In this document: piece after piece, positions 10,962-22,962 of the stretch
Layout: every line of letters starts with the position of its first letter
Position numbering within the stretch: the first letter of the stretch is position 1
NCBI GenBank assembly: GCA_947475545.1
Contig: CANJLL010000002.1
Coordinates: 237,488-301,487, forward strand
Direction: 5' to 3'
From: Chloroflexota bacterium
Lineage (GTDB): Bacteria > Chloroflexota > Limnocylindria > Limnocylindrales > CSP1-4
Length of the DNA stretch: 64,000 bases
The notes under the pieces: generated by a model
The model's database searches: none
The model's input: the letters and a program-made list of their open reading frames with translations, nothing else
Told to the model about the DNA's origin: nothing
Program-made: the position numbers and the translations under genes

Positions 10962-11774
10962 TCAGCCCCCGGGCGCCGGCGGCGGCGGATCGTGACGGCC
11001 CGGGCCCCAGGCCTCGGGGCCACAGAAGAACGGCCGAGCGGCCGCGCCGGGTAACGACGACGGGTCGTGCCGCCAGGCAGCGACGGTACCCGCGAGCCAG
11101 GCGTCAATCTCGTCGAACGCCTCCCATGCCCGGAAGGGCCAGCCGTTCTGCTGGCAGATGCCGATGAGCGAGCGCTTCGCGAACACGACATCGCTGTAGC
11201 CCGCGGCGTACCGGTCGCTCTCCCCGTCGCCGATGAACACGACGGCGCGGCCCTCGGCCTGGTGGGCGATGACGCGAGCGCGCTTGCACGTGCCGCACAC
11301 GAAACAGTCGGGGTGGCCGTTGGGGAACTCGATGGCGGCCCGGCCATCCCGGAAGGTGGTGTTGGCCGTCGCGATCGGCAGGGACCCAACGCCCAGGATG
11401 TCGAGCGCCTGCGGGATGAAGAAGCCAAAGCCGTCGCTCACGACCTCCACCGGGATGCCGGCGGCGCGTGCACGGGCAACGAACGGCACGAAGCCCGCGT
11501 CGTGGGGCTGGGCGGCGGCGGTCGCCAGCAGGCGGGCCGGGTCTGCCTGGACCAGGCTCATCTCCCAGGTCATCAGGTTCCGCGACCCCAGCACGCCCTC
11601 GTCGTACTTCGCGACGAGGTCCTCCCAGGAACTCGGAACATGTTCGAACATGATCGCGTCGGAGACGTCCGTCAGGGCGACGGTGCCGTCGTAGTCGATC
11701 AGGATCGCGAGCGGGATATCGCCGGGGCGGAGGGGCGGAGGGGCGGCGACCGGGCCGATCGCGCGGACGCTCAT
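10962..11774 (-). CDS. HAD-IB phosphatase (MtnX-like)
   Basis: DYDGT motif I, VVSDG, CFVCGTCK, FIGDGESD, VFAK. Confidence 0.8.
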   Translation of the reverse strand: MSVRAIGPVAAPPPLRPGDIPLAILIDYDGTVALTDVSDAIMFEHVPSSWEDLVAKYDEGVLGSRNLMTWEMSLVQADPARLLATAAAQPHDAGFVPFVARARAAGIPVEVVSDGFGFFIPQALDILGVGSLPIATANTTFRDGRAAIEFPNGHPDCFVCGTCKRARVIAHQAEGRAVVFIGDGESDRYAAGYSDVVFAKRSLIGICQQNGWPFRAWEAFDEIDAWLAGTVAAWRHDPSSLPGAAARPFFCGPEAWGPGRHDPPPPAPGG

Positions 11775-12757
11775 TCGGCTGGGAGCGACGAGATGCCGGA
11801 GACCGCCTCCGGGGCCCTAGCCAGCCCGCCGCGCCGCGTGAGCAGGACGCCCACCACGATGATCGTCCCGCCAATGACCTGGGCGACGCGGACCGGCTCG
11901 GCCAGGATGAGCGCGCCGATGATCACGGTGAACAGCGGGACCAGGAACTGGAACGCCGTGGCGCGGGCCGGGCCGAGCAGGCGGATCGCGTCGTACAGGA
12001 TGATGTTCCCGAGACCCGCCGAGAGCACGGCGGAGTACAGCCAGCCGCCGTACGCCAGCGGTCCCACCCGGCCCCAGTCCACGCTGAGCGCGGCCACCAG
12101 GCCGAACGGCCAGAGGAACAACGCCCCGAACAGGGCCGCCCACGCTGCGATCGCCAGCGCCGAGTGGCGGCGGAGGTAGCGGGCGATGTAGCTGGTGTAG
12201 ACCGCCCAGCAGGCGGCGGCGGCCAGCGTCACGAGGTCGCCGAGCAGGGAGAACTGGTCGCCTGATGCGCCGCGCCCGACGACCACGGCCACCCCGACAA
12301 ACGAGATGAGCGCGCCGGCCAGCTTGGCGGGGGTCAGGTGGTCAGAGCGAGCGATCACCGCGATCAGCACCGCGAGCACGGGGGTGGCCGCGATGAGCAG
12401 GGCGGAGTCGCCGGCGGTGATGAGCTGGATCGCCGACGCCCAGAGGACCTGGTAGATCCCGAAGCCCAGCACACCGAGGATCGCGATTGGCACCACGTCG
12501 GCCCGGGGCAGCCCGATGGTGCCCTCGCGCCATCGGAGGAGGCCCAGCAGGAGCAGGCCGCCGACGGTGAACCGGACAGCGCCGAAGGTCATCGGCGGGA
12601 TCTCGCTGCCCGTTCCCTTGACCACGATGAAGTTCACGGCCCAGCTGAGCATCAGGAGCAGGAGGGCGACCTCGGCCAGGCGTCGCCTGCCAAGGGAGGT
12701 GCCGGGCCTGAGCGAACGCCGGGCGGACGCGACGATGCCCGCCTTCTCGGCGGGCAT
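11771..12757 (-). CDS. DMT/EamA family transporter
   Basis: About 10 TM helices, two EamA repeats (WAVNF...RF; LVPLFTVIIGALILAE). Confidence 0.85.
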   Translation of the reverse strand: MPAEKAGIVASARRSLRPGTSLGRRRLAEVALLLLMLSWAVNFIVVKGTGSEIPPMTFGAVRFTVGGLLLLGLLRWREGTIGLPRADVVPIAILGVLGFGIYQVLWASAIQLITAGDSALLIAATPVLAVLIAVIARSDHLTPAKLAGALISFVGVAVVVGRGASGDQFSLLGDLVTLAAAACWAVYTSYIARYLRRHSALAIAAWAALFGALFLWPFGLVAALSVDWGRVGPLAYGGWLYSAVLSAGLGNIILYDAIRLLGPARATAFQFLVPLFTVIIGALILAEPVRVAQVIGGTIIVVGVLLTRRGGLARAPEAVSGISSLPAE

Positions 12758-12819
12758 CTCGGCGACGAGCGACCGGGCCGGCGGGGCGCCCTGTGTGGCG
12801 GGCGCCCGGTGGGCGTCGA

Positions 12820-12975
12820 TCAGGCGCCTTCCTGGTCCAGGTCGAGCGCCTCCTCGTCGGACTCCTCGGTCAGCTTCAGCCAGACGAAGAGGCCGGCCAG
12901 GACGATCAGGGGGATCACGATCATGGCGCCCAGCGTGATGCCGAGGGCGACGGCGACGGTCTTCAGGGCCTTCAT
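12820..12975 (-). CDS. Small single-pass membrane protein (51 aa, absent from ORF track)
   Basis: MKALKTVAVALGITLGAMIVIPLIVLAGLFVWLKLTEESDEEALDLDQEGA; strong AAGGAGG SD; GC-rich third positions. Confidence 0.75.
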   Translation of the reverse strand: MKALKTVAVALGITLGAMIVIPLIVLAGLFVWLKLTEESDEEALDLDQEGA

Positions 12976-13000
12976 GGTTGCAACCTCCTTGCCGCGGCGG

Positions 13001-13528
13001 CTAGCGCCCCAGCAACATGCTCAGACGGCTGGACCGGCCCCGGAGACCCGGGCCCTGGCCGATCATCTCCAGGACGTCATCCCGCGTGAACTCCACGAGG
13101 ACGTGGCGAGAGCCGCCCTGGCCCGACATCAGCAGGCGGACGACGAACGATCCGTCCTGCTCGAAGAAGAAGACGTCGCGCGGATGCTGTTCGTCGAGGT
13201 AGCGGCCGATCACCCGCAGCGCCCACTCATAGTAGTGCGCACCCGGAGTCTCGGTCTGCAGGCGGTTCTTGCCGCGCCGGGCGATCGCCTCCTCCATGTA
13301 CCGGGCGATCTCGTCGTCGGAGAACGTCAGGGTCTCCTTGCCGAACATCACGGAGGTGTCCGCCCAGGTGGACGCGTTGGCGCCGTCAGTCCGGAGGCCC
13401 TGGACGAGGAACCCATCGGGTACCTCCGTCACGAGGATCTCGCGATAGGCACGCTCATCGAGCACCGCGCCGATGGCCCGGAAGACCTCTTCGAAATCCT
13501 GGCGGGCACCGCCGTCATAGATGCGCAA
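13001..13528 (-). CDS. Hypothetical protein with internal two-fold domain repeat
   Basis: TTG start after GGGAGG; halves FEEVFRAIGAVLDE...GFLVQ...TFSDDEI and YEWALRVIGRYLDE...SFVVR...EFTRDDV align. Confidence 0.75.
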   Translation of the reverse strand: MRIYDGGARQDFEEVFRAIGAVLDERAYREILVTEVPDGFLVQGLRTDGANASTWADTSVMFGKETLTFSDDEIARYMEEAIARRGKNRLQTETPGAHYYEWALRVIGRYLDEQHPRDVFFFEQDGSFVVRLLMSGQGGSRHVLVEFTRDDVLEMIGQGPGLRGRSSRLSMLLGR

Positions 13529-13571
13529 TGTGCCTCCCGGCCTCCGTGCTGTCGGATCCGACCTGCGGCCG

Positions 13572-13600
13572 AGTCTAGACCGGGACCAGGATCGCGACAA
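13572..13600 (-). promoter_or_regulatory. sigma70-type promoter for 13528 gene
   Basis: Minus strand TTGTCG-N17-TAGACT. Confidence 0.55.
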
Positions 13601-13671
13601 GCATCCCGAACGTCCCTGTGCCAGCGTGGGCCAGCGGCTCGCCGGGGCTGGCCCGGGCCGAACTGCCCAGG

Positions 13672-14646
13672 TCAGGGGATGGGATTCGCCGCGAGCAGCA
13701 CGGCCAGCCGGCCGGCCACGAGGGCGTCGTTGATGATCAGGGCGCGGTTCGCGACCACTGACCGGCCGCCCGACAGGTGAGCGATGCGGGCCAGCAGCCA
13801 CGGCGTGACCTCGGGGCCGGCGATGCCGGCGGCCTCCGCCTCGGCGATGGCGCGGTCGATGTCGGCGAGGGCCTCCGCGGCGGGGAGCGCGTCTGCCTCG
13901 GGAATCGGCACGCACAGGAGCACCGAGCTGCCGAGGCCGAGAGCGAGGTGGGTGGCGGTGAGCATGGCCGCGGCGTCGAGATCCGGCACGGACAGCGGCG
14001 CGCGGATGCCGCTGGTCCGGGCGTAGAACCCGGGGAGCTCCGTTTGGCCGACGGCGACGACGGGGACGCCGCGGGTCTCCAGGTACTCCAGCGTGGCCGG
14101 CACGTCCAGGATGGCCTTGGGGCCGGCGCACACCACGGCCATGGGGGTGGCGGCGAGCTCCTCGAGGTCGGTCGAGATGTCGAGTGTGGCGGGACGAGCG
14201 GTGGTGCCGCCGATGGCACCCCGGTGGACGCCGCCGATTCCGCCCGTGGCCATGACCACGATCCCCGCGGTGTGAGCCGCCAGCATGGTGGCGGAGACCG
14301 TGGTGGCGCCCCAGCCGCCGACGGCCAGCGCGGCCCCGAGGCTGGGCCTGGCAACCTTGCGAACGGTGCCATGCTCGGCACGGGCGAGCAGCTCCAGCTC
14401 GGCGTCACCCAGGCCGACCAGGATCCGGCCGTCGCGGACAGCGATGGTCGCCGGGACGGCGCCGGAATCGCGGACGGCGGCCTCCGAGGCCCGCGCCACG
14501 GTCAGGTTGTCCGGCCATGGCAGGCCGTGAGTGATGAGCGTGGATTCGAGGGCGACCACGGGCCGCCCGGCGGCGATGGCGGCGGCCACCTCGGGGGCGA
14601 CGACGAGGCGGGCGTGGAGCCCGGTGCGCTCGGCAGGATCGATCAT
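13672..14646 (-). CDS. psuG: Pseudouridine-5'-phosphate glycosidase
   Basis: PVVALESTLITHGLPWPDN, GATTVSATM, ATGGIGGVHRG, DISTDL, KAILD, TLEYLET, VTPWLL. Confidence 0.93.
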   Translation of the reverse strand: MIDPAERTGLHARLVVAPEVAAAIAAGRPVVALESTLITHGLPWPDNLTVARASEAAVRDSGAVPATIAVRDGRILVGLGDAELELLARAEHGTVRKVARPSLGAALAVGGWGATTVSATMLAAHTAGIVVMATGGIGGVHRGAIGGTTARPATLDISTDLEELAATPMAVVCAGPKAILDVPATLEYLETRGVPVVAVGQTELPGFYARTSGIRAPLSVPDLDAAAMLTATHLALGLGSSVLLCVPIPEADALPAAEALADIDRAIAEAEAAGIAGPEVTPWLLARIAHLSGGRSVVANRALIINDALVAGRLAVLLAANPIP

Positions 14647-14748
14647 GGGCGAAGAGTACGACGCGGGCAGACCGCGGTCGCCGCCGCGCGCCGCGAAGCG
14701 GTCCCACGGAACCGCGGGCCCCGGCCGTGGGGCTCGGACAGGCAGGGC

Positions 14749-15834
14749 TCAGAGGAGCGGCAGCTCCGGGCGCCGGGCGGTCAGCTGGCGACGGGCCGCG
14801 GCGTGGCCGGCCAGGACAGCGCGGCGGAGGAGCGACGTCCCGGCCAGGCCGCCGGCGCGGCCGCGGAGGTAGCCGTGGATGAAGCCGGCGTCGAAGGCGT
14901 CGCCCGCGGCAGTGGTGTCGGTCGCCGCGACGCGGCTGACGGGGACGTCCACCCGGAGGATCGGCGCCGGGGCGGCACGGGTCGCCAGCACCGTCGCCCC
15001 GCGGGCGCCGCGCTTCACGATCGCAACAGGAGCCAACGCGGCCAGGCGCCCCAGCCAGGGCTCGGCCTCGGCTGCGGCCTCCGGTTCGATCTCGACAGCG
15101 TCTTCGGCGGCCCCACCGGCCCGAGCTGCGGCGACGTGGACGTCGGGCTCGGCGCCCGGTTGGGCCCCCAGCAGCGCGGCCGCCTCGGCGGCCGTGGCGA
15201 ACAGCAGGTCCGGCGCGGCCGCCCGCACCAGCGCCAGCGCCGCGTCGCGGCCGCCCGCCAGCAGCGGCCCGACTGAGGCAAGGTCCACCGACACCAGCGC
15301 CCCGGCGGCACGGGCCAGCCGGATCGCCGCCATCCCCGCCAGCCCCAGCGGCGCACCCAGCAGGGAGTAGGCCGGCAGGTGGAGCAGATCCGCGCGGGCG
15401 AACCAGATCGGCCGGAGGTCGTCCGGCCGCAGCCGGTCGGCCGCACCTCGGTCGGCCACGAAGGAGCGCTCGCCGCCCGGGGCCACCAGCACCCCGATCC
15501 GCCCGGTCCGCGCCCCCGGCACCCGCACCAGGCGCGGGGTCACCCCGTCCGCCCGGACCGCCGCCTCCAGCGCCCGCCCTGCCGCGTCCCGGCCCACCGC
15601 CCCCACAAAGACCACATGGGCGCCCAGCCGCCCCAGCCAGCGCGCGGCGTTGGCCGCCGATCCCCCTGCCCGGAGCGCCACCCGGCCCGGGACGTCCGTG
15701 CCCGCCTCCATCTCGCGCGCGGGGGCGATCACCATATCGACCATCAGGTCGCCCAGCACGATGACCCGGGGGCTGGCAGGCCGAGGCGCAGGCGGCGTGG
15801 TGTCGCGGCCAGATCCGGCCGGGTGACTGGACAT
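14749..15834 (-). CDS. PfkB family kinase, probable pseudouridine kinase
   Basis: GGSAANAA, GAVGRD, VKRGARGA, DTTAAGDAFDAG; adjacent to psuG (specificity inferred from context). Confidence 0.8.
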   Translation of the reverse strand: MSSHPAGSGRDTTPPAPRPASPRVIVLGDLMVDMVIAPAREMEAGTDVPGRVALRAGGSAANAARWLGRLGAHVVFVGAVGRDAAGRALEAAVRADGVTPRLVRVPGARTGRIGVLVAPGGERSFVADRGAADRLRPDDLRPIWFARADLLHLPAYSLLGAPLGLAGMAAIRLARAAGALVSVDLASVGPLLAGGRDAALALVRAAAPDLLFATAAEAAALLGAQPGAEPDVHVAAARAGGAAEDAVEIEPEAAAEAEPWLGRLAALAPVAIVKRGARGATVLATRAAPAPILRVDVPVSRVAATDTTAAGDAFDAGFIHGYLRGRAGGLAGTSLLRRAVLAGHAAARRQLTARRPELPLL

Positions 15835-15919
15835 CCCGGGATGGTAGCCCGCGAGGGCTGCGCCGCCGGTGGGCCGTGTACGATCAACATGACAGCGCCA
15901 ACCCCCTTTCGGCAGCGAG

Positions 15920-18016
15920 ATGACCCAGAAGCCCGACCTCCAGCGGCTCGCGATCGACACGATCCGAACCCTCTCGATTGATACCGTCCAGCAGGCCAAC
16001 TCCGGGCATCCCGGAGCGCCGATGGGCGCGGCGCCGATGGCGTTCACCCTGTGGACCCAGTTCCTGCGCCACGCGCCGACCACGCCCCGCTGGCCGGACC
16101 GGGACCGGTTCCTGCTGTCCGCCGGACATGCCTCGGCGCTCCTCTACTCGATGCTCCACCTGACGGGCTACGACGTGTCGCTCGACGACCTACGCTCGTT
16201 CAGGCAGTGGGGCTCCCGCACCCCGGGCCACCCCGAATACGGGCTGACCCCCGGCGTCGAGGCCACCACCGGGCCGCTGGGCCAGGGCCTCTCGAACGGC
16301 GTCGGCATGGCCATCGCCGAAGCACGCCTGGCCGCCGAGTTCAACCGTCCCGGCCACGAGATCGTCGACCACTGGACCTACGTCCTCGCCTCCGACGGTG
16401 ACCTCCAGGAGGGCGTGACCTCCGAGGCCGCCAGCCTCGCGGGTCACCTCCAGCTGCGCAAGCTTGTGGTCCTGTACGACGACAACGGCATCCAGCTGGA
16501 CGGGCCCACCTCGCTGGCCTGGTCGGAGGACGTCCTCCAGCGCTTTGACGCCTACGGCTGGCAGACCGCGCGCGTGACGGACGGCAACGACGTCGCCGCC
16601 ATCGCCGCCGCGATCGATGCCGCGCGGGCCGACCTGCGCCCCAGCCTGATCGCCGTCCGGACCCACATCGGCTTCGGCAGCCCCAACAAGCAGGACAGCC
16701 AGAAGTCGCACGGCTCACCGCTCGGCCCGGACGAGGTCCGGCTGACCAAGGTGGCGTACGGCTGGGACCCGGATCAGCAGTTCTACATCCCTGACGCCGC
16801 GCTGGCGCTCTTCCGTGCGGCGGTCCCGGCCGGCGACGCGCTGGTGCGCGACTGGACGGCCGCGCTGGCCGCCTATGGCGAGTCGTACCCCGAGGAGGCT
16901 GCCGAGCTCCGCCGCCGCCTGGCGGGCGACCTGCGTCCCGGTTGGCGCCGGGCGCTGAAGCACTACGACACCGGCACCGAGGTTGCCACCCGGAACGCCA
17001 GCCAGGATGCGATCAACGCGCTGGCCACCGAGGCGCCGGAGCTCTTCGGCGGGGCGGCCGACCTGTCCGAATCCAACCTGACCGATATCAAGGGCGGCGG
17101 CGACTTCCGGGCCGGGGCGCCCGGGCGAAACCTCCGCTTCGGCGTGCGCGAGCACGCCATGGGCGCGGCCGCCAACGGCATCGCCCTGCACGGCGGGTTC
17201 ATCCCCTACTGCGCGACCTTCATGACGTTCAGCGACTACATGCGCGGTGCCGTCCGGCTGGCCGCGCTGTCGGGGCTGCACGTCATCTACGTCTGGACCC
17301 ACGACTCTGTTGGGCTGGGCGAGGACGGGCCAACCCACCAGCCCATCGAGCACTACGCGGCGCTGCGCGCCATCCCCAACCTCTGGTTTGTCCGACCCGG
17401 CGACGCCAACGAGGCCAGCGCGGCCTGGGGCCTCGCCGTGGAGCGGGCCGACGGGCCGGTGGCCCTGGCGCTGACCCGCCAGAAGCTGCCCACGCTGCCC
17501 GGAACGGACCGTCTCGCGGCCGATGGCGTGACGCGCGGCGGGTACGTGCTCCGCCCCGCCTCCAATGAGGCAGCCGGCGGCGCGCCCGCGCTCATCCTCG
17601 TGGCCACCGGCTCCGAGCTGCAGCTGGCCGCTGGCGCGGCCGACGCCCTGGAGGCCGAGGGGGTCCCCACGCGCGTGGTCTCGCTCCCCTGCTGGGAGGC
17701 GTTCGAGCGCCAGGACCGGTCCTACCGCGAATCCGTGCTCCCGCCGGCCGTCCGCCGCCGGGTGACGATCGAAGCAGGCGTGACCCTGGGCTGGGACCGG
17801 TACGCCGGCGATGAGGGTGCGATCATCGGACTCGACCACTTCGGCGCATCGGCGCCCGCCGCGGCCATCTTCGAGCACTTCGGGCTCACCGTGAGCCGCG
17901 TGGCGGACGTCGCCCGTGGGGTCGTCCGCGATGGTCTCCGCGGACGCGTCCGCACGCCGGATGCCGGGCACCAGCCCGCCGGCCTGGGGCTTGGGCACCA
18001 GCACGGGGCCGGGTAG
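15920..18016 (+). CDS. tkt: Transketolase
   Basis: [59 protein letters not shown]. Confidence 0.98.
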   Translation: MTQKPDLQRLAIDTIRTLSIDTVQQANSGHPGAPMGAAPMAFTLWTQFLRHAPTTPRWPDRDRFLLSAGHASALLYSMLHLTGYDVSLDDLRSFRQWGSRTPGHPEYGLTPGVEATTGPLGQGLSNGVGMAIAEARLAAEFNRPGHEIVDHWTYVLASDGDLQEGVTSEAASLAGHLQLRKLVVLYDDNGIQLDGPTSLAWSEDVLQRFDAYGWQTARVTDGNDVAAIAAAIDAARADLRPSLIAVRTHIGFGSPNKQDSQKSHGSPLGPDEVRLTKVAYGWDPDQQFYIPDAALALFRAAVPAGDALVRDWTAALAAYGESYPEEAAELRRRLAGDLRPGWRRALKHYDTGTEVATRNASQDAINALATEAPELFGGAADLSESNLTDIKGGGDFRAGAPGRNLRFGVREHAMGAAANGIALHGGFIPYCATFMTFSDYMRGAVRLAALSGLHVIYVWTHDSVGLGEDGPTHQPIEHYAALRAIPNLWFVRPGDANEASAAWGLAVERADGPVALALTRQKLPTLPGTDRLAADGVTRGGYVLRPASNEAAGGAPALILVATGSELQLAAGAADALEAEGVPTRVVSLPCWEAFERQDRSYRESVLPPAVRRRVTIEAGVTLGWDRYAGDEGAIIGLDHFGASAPAAAIFEHFGLTVSRVADVARGVVRDGLRGRVRTPDAGHQPAGLGLGHQHGAG

Positions 18017-18478
18017 GTGCGCATCGCCTTCGCCGCCGACCATGCCGGGGCCGCCCTCAAGGACGACCTGATGCGACGCCTGGCCGTGGCGCTGCCGGAG
18101 CACGACCTGATCGACCTGGGCGGTGACGGGTCCGATCCCCTGGACGACTACCCGGACTTCGCGCTGGCCCTGGGCCTCTCCATCCTCGAGGGCCGCGCCG
18201 AGCGCGGGATCCTGGTCTGTGGCTCCGGCGTGGGCGCCTCGGTCGCGGCCAACAAGGTCCCCGGCATCCGCGCGTCCATCTGCCACGACACCTACTCGGC
18301 GCGCCAGGGCGTGGAGCACGACGACATCAACGTGCTGACGCTCGGGGCGCGCGTGATTGGACCCGAACCTGCGTACGAGTGCGCTGTCGCATTCCTCGGC
18401 GCCAGCTTCAGCGGCGAGGTGCGCCATCGGCGCCGCCTCGACAAGGTGCGGGCGATCGAGGATGGGGCGCCGTCCTGA
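18017..18478 (+). CDS. rpiB: Ribose-5-phosphate isomerase B
   Basis: ADHAG, DYPD, CGSGVG, ANKVPGIRA, HDDINVLTLG, RHRRR. Confidence 0.95.
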   Translation: MRIAFAADHAGAALKDDLMRRLAVALPEHDLIDLGGDGSDPLDDYPDFALALGLSILEGRAERGILVCGSGVGASVAANKVPGIRASICHDTYSARQGVEHDDINVLTLGARVIGPEPAYECAVAFLGASFSGEVRHRRRLDKVRAIEDGAPS

Positions 18479-18530
18479 CGCCCCGGCCGGCGACGCCGGG
18501 GCGGCCCGTGTCTAGACTGGACCTGACCCC

Positions 18531-20336
18531 ATGACACACTTCAGCGATCCGGATGGCGCCCAGCGGATCCAGCTGCCGGCGGTTGCGGCCGATGTGTTCG
18601 ACGAGGCGCTCGACCGGGCCCGGAGCGCCCGCTGGGCGGAGCGCCTGCATGATCGCGACACCAGCCTCTGGACGGCCGACCGGCGCGGCCAGGAGTCGAT
18701 CGCGGCCTGGCTGGGCTGGCTCGACGCCCCTGACCACTTCCTCGGCCAGGTGCCGGCGCTGGAGGGCTTCGGCGACGGGATCCGCGAAGCGGGCTTCACC
18801 ACCGCCGTGGTCATGGGCATGGGTGGCTCCAGCCTTGCCGCCGAGGTGCTCGTCCGGACGTTCGGCCCCATCGAGGGCTACCCGGCGGTCCGGATCCTCG
18901 ACTCGACGCACCCCGCCGCGGTCGCCGCGGTCGTGGACAGCAGCGACCCCCTGAGCACGCTCTGGATCGTGGCGAGCAAGTCCGGCCGCACGGTCGAGTC
19001 CCTGGCCTTCCAGGCGGACACCTGGACCCGGACCGAGGCGGCCCTGCGCCAGCACCACGCCGACGAGTCGCCGGGCGCCCTGATGATCGCGGTCACCGAT
19101 CCGGGCCGCAGCCTGGAGGCAATCCCCCATCACGACGACCTGCGCGAGGTCTTCCTCAACCCCGTGGACATCGGGGGCCGCTATTCGGCACTCAGCTACC
19201 CCGGGCTGGTGCCCGCGTCGCTGATCGGCCTGGACCTCGACGCGCTGCTGGCGTCGGCCGGCAGGATGCTGGCCGAGACCCGCGAGCCCGAGCCAACCCG
19301 GAACGCCGCCGTGGCCCTGGGCCTGGCCATCGGGACGCTCGCGACGCTGGGCCGCGACAAGCTGACGTTCATCGTGGACCACGAGATTGCCGCCTTCGGC
19401 GCCTGGGCCGAGCAGCTGGTCGCCGAGAGCACCGGCAAGCACGGCAAGGGCATCGTGCCGGTGGACCAGGAGCCGCTGGGGGCCGTGGCCGCCTACGGCG
19501 AGGACCGCGTCTTCGTGCGGATCCGGCTGGATGGATCGAGCGGGCCGTCCGGCGCCGCGGACAGCACCTCCGCGGACGGCGCCGCGGTGGATGTCCTCCT
19601 CGCGGGTCTCGCCACGGCCGGCCACCCGGTGATCGAGATCATGATCGCGGACCCCATCGACCTCGGTGCCGAGTTCGTCCGCTGGGAGGTGGCCACGGCC
19701 ATCGCCGGCGCCGTCCTCGAGATCGACCCGTTCGATCAGCCCAACGTCGAGGAGGCCAAGGACCTCACGCGCCGACTCCTGGCCGGCGGGACCGACGACA
19801 GCGGCGCCGCGGCACCCGAGGAGTTGGCCGAGCTGGCCCACGAGCACGGCCTCACCGTCTTTGGCGACACCGCCAGCGCCACCACCTCGGGCGACGGCAC
19901 CCTGGCCGGCGAGCTGGGCCGCCACCTGGCCCGACGCCGGGAGGGCGCCTACCTGGCGATCCAGGCCTTCCTCGCCCCGGATCCGGCCACGGACGCGGCG
20001 CTCGCCCGGATCCGCGCGTTGCTCAGGGATGCCACCCGCTGCGCGACGACGGCCGGCTATGGCCCGCGCTACCTCCACTCCACGGGCCAGCTCCACAAGG
20101 GCGGCACGCCGATGGGCTGGTTCCTGCAGCTGACCGCGGACCACGGAACGGAACGCGAGATCCCGGGCTGGACGTACACGTTCGGCCAGCTGATCGACGC
20201 CCAGGCCCGCGGTGACTTCGCCGCCCTGGAATCGCACGACCTGCCCGTGATCCGTGTGCATCTTGGCCACGACATCGCGGCCGGGCTCGCGACCCTGGAG
20301 CGGACGCTCGCCGACGTCCTGGGCTCGGCCGGCTGA
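18531..20336 (+). CDS. Glucose-6-phosphate isomerase-like protein (PGI domain of Tal-Pgi type)
   Basis: GMGGSSLA, LDSTHP, ASKSG, DIGGRYSALS, EQLVAESTGK, DPFDQPNVEEAK, YLHSTGQLHKGG. Confidence 0.88.
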   Translation: MTHFSDPDGAQRIQLPAVAADVFDEALDRARSARWAERLHDRDTSLWTADRRGQESIAAWLGWLDAPDHFLGQVPALEGFGDGIREAGFTTAVVMGMGGSSLAAEVLVRTFGPIEGYPAVRILDSTHPAAVAAVVDSSDPLSTLWIVASKSGRTVESLAFQADTWTRTEAALRQHHADESPGALMIAVTDPGRSLEAIPHHDDLREVFLNPVDIGGRYSALSYPGLVPASLIGLDLDALLASAGRMLAETREPEPTRNAAVALGLAIGTLATLGRDKLTFIVDHEIAAFGAWAEQLVAESTGKHGKGIVPVDQEPLGAVAAYGEDRVFVRIRLDGSSGPSGAADSTSADGAAVDVLLAGLATAGHPVIEIMIADPIDLGAEFVRWEVATAIAGAVLEIDPFDQPNVEEAKDLTRRLLAGGTDDSGAAAPEELAELAHEHGLTVFGDTASATTSGDGTLAGELGRHLARRREGAYLAIQAFLAPDPATDAALARIRALLRDATRCATTAGYGPRYLHSTGQLHKGGTPMGWFLQLTADHGTEREIPGWTYTFGQLIDAQARGDFAALESHDLPVIRVHLGHDIAAGLATLERTLADVLGSAG

Positions 20337-20401
20337 GGCCTGCCGCGCGCTGGACCATCACTGCCACCAACCACACGTCACCCAGCACGGAGGCTCACGG
20401 G

Positions 20402-21298
20402 ATGCGCATCGGCTTCATCGGACTCGGGCGGATGGGCGCCAACATGGTTCGACGACTGCTCCTCGACAACCACCAGGTCGTCGCCTACAACCGCTCTCCC
20501 GACAAGGTCCGCGAGATCGTCGGCGAGGGCGCGGAGGGCGCATCCTCCATCGCGGAGCTGGTCGAGAAGCTCGCGAAGCCGCGCGTCGTGTGGATCATGG
20601 TTCCGGCCGGCCAGGCCACCGAAGACCAGATCGACGAGCTCGTGCTCCACCTGGAGCCGGGCGACACGATCGTGGAGGGCGGCAACTCCAACTTCCACGA
20701 CGATCAGCGCCGCCACCCGGCCCTCAAGGCCAGGGGCATCGGCTACATCGATGCCGGCGTCTCGGGTGGCATCTGGGGGCTGAAGATCGGCTACTGCATG
20801 ATGGTCGGCGGGGAGCGTGACGTCGTCGCGCCGGTTGAGCCCATCTTCAAGTCGCTGGCGCCCGTCGACGGCTATCTCCACGCGGGCGCTCCGGGTGCCG
20901 GCCACTACGTGAAGATGATCCACAACGGGATCGAGTACGGGATGATGCAGGCCTACGCGGAGGGCTTCGAGATCCTCCATGCCAGCGACTATGACCTGGA
21001 CCTCGCGCAGATTGCGGACCTCTGGAACCACGGCTCCGTGGTTCGCTCCTGGCTGCTGGAGCTGGCGGCCAGCGCGCTGAAGCCGGACCAGGACCTGGCC
21101 AGCCTCAAGGGCTGGGTCGCCGATTCGGGCGAGGGCCGCTGGACGGTCCAGGAGGCCATGGACCGCGACGTCCCGGCGCCGATCATCACGCTCGCGCTCC
21201 AGACACGGTTCCGTTCACGCCAGGACGACTCCTATGGGGCCAAGCTCCTGGCCGCGCTGCGCAACGAGTTCGGTGGCCACGCCGTCAAGACCGAGTAG
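20402..21298 (+). CDS. gnd: 6-phosphogluconate dehydrogenase, decarboxylating (short form)
   Basis: GLGRMG, MVPAG, GGNS, DAGVSGG, KMIHNGIEYG, DSGEGRWT, RNEFGGH. Confidence 0.95.
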   Translation: MRIGFIGLGRMGANMVRRLLLDNHQVVAYNRSPDKVREIVGEGAEGASSIAELVEKLAKPRVVWIMVPAGQATEDQIDELVLHLEPGDTIVEGGNSNFHDDQRRHPALKARGIGYIDAGVSGGIWGLKIGYCMMVGGERDVVAPVEPIFKSLAPVDGYLHAGAPGAGHYVKMIHNGIEYGMMQAYAEGFEILHASDYDLDLAQIADLWNHGSVVRSWLLELAASALKPDQDLASLKGWVADSGEGRWTVQEAMDRDVPAPIITLALQTRFRSRQDDSYGAKLLAALRNEFGGHAVKTE

Positions 21299-21317
21299 GC
21301 CCGCCGCGACCGGCGCG

Positions 21318-22946
<1,629 letters not shown>

Positions 22947-22962
22947 TCGGGAGCCAGCCGAG

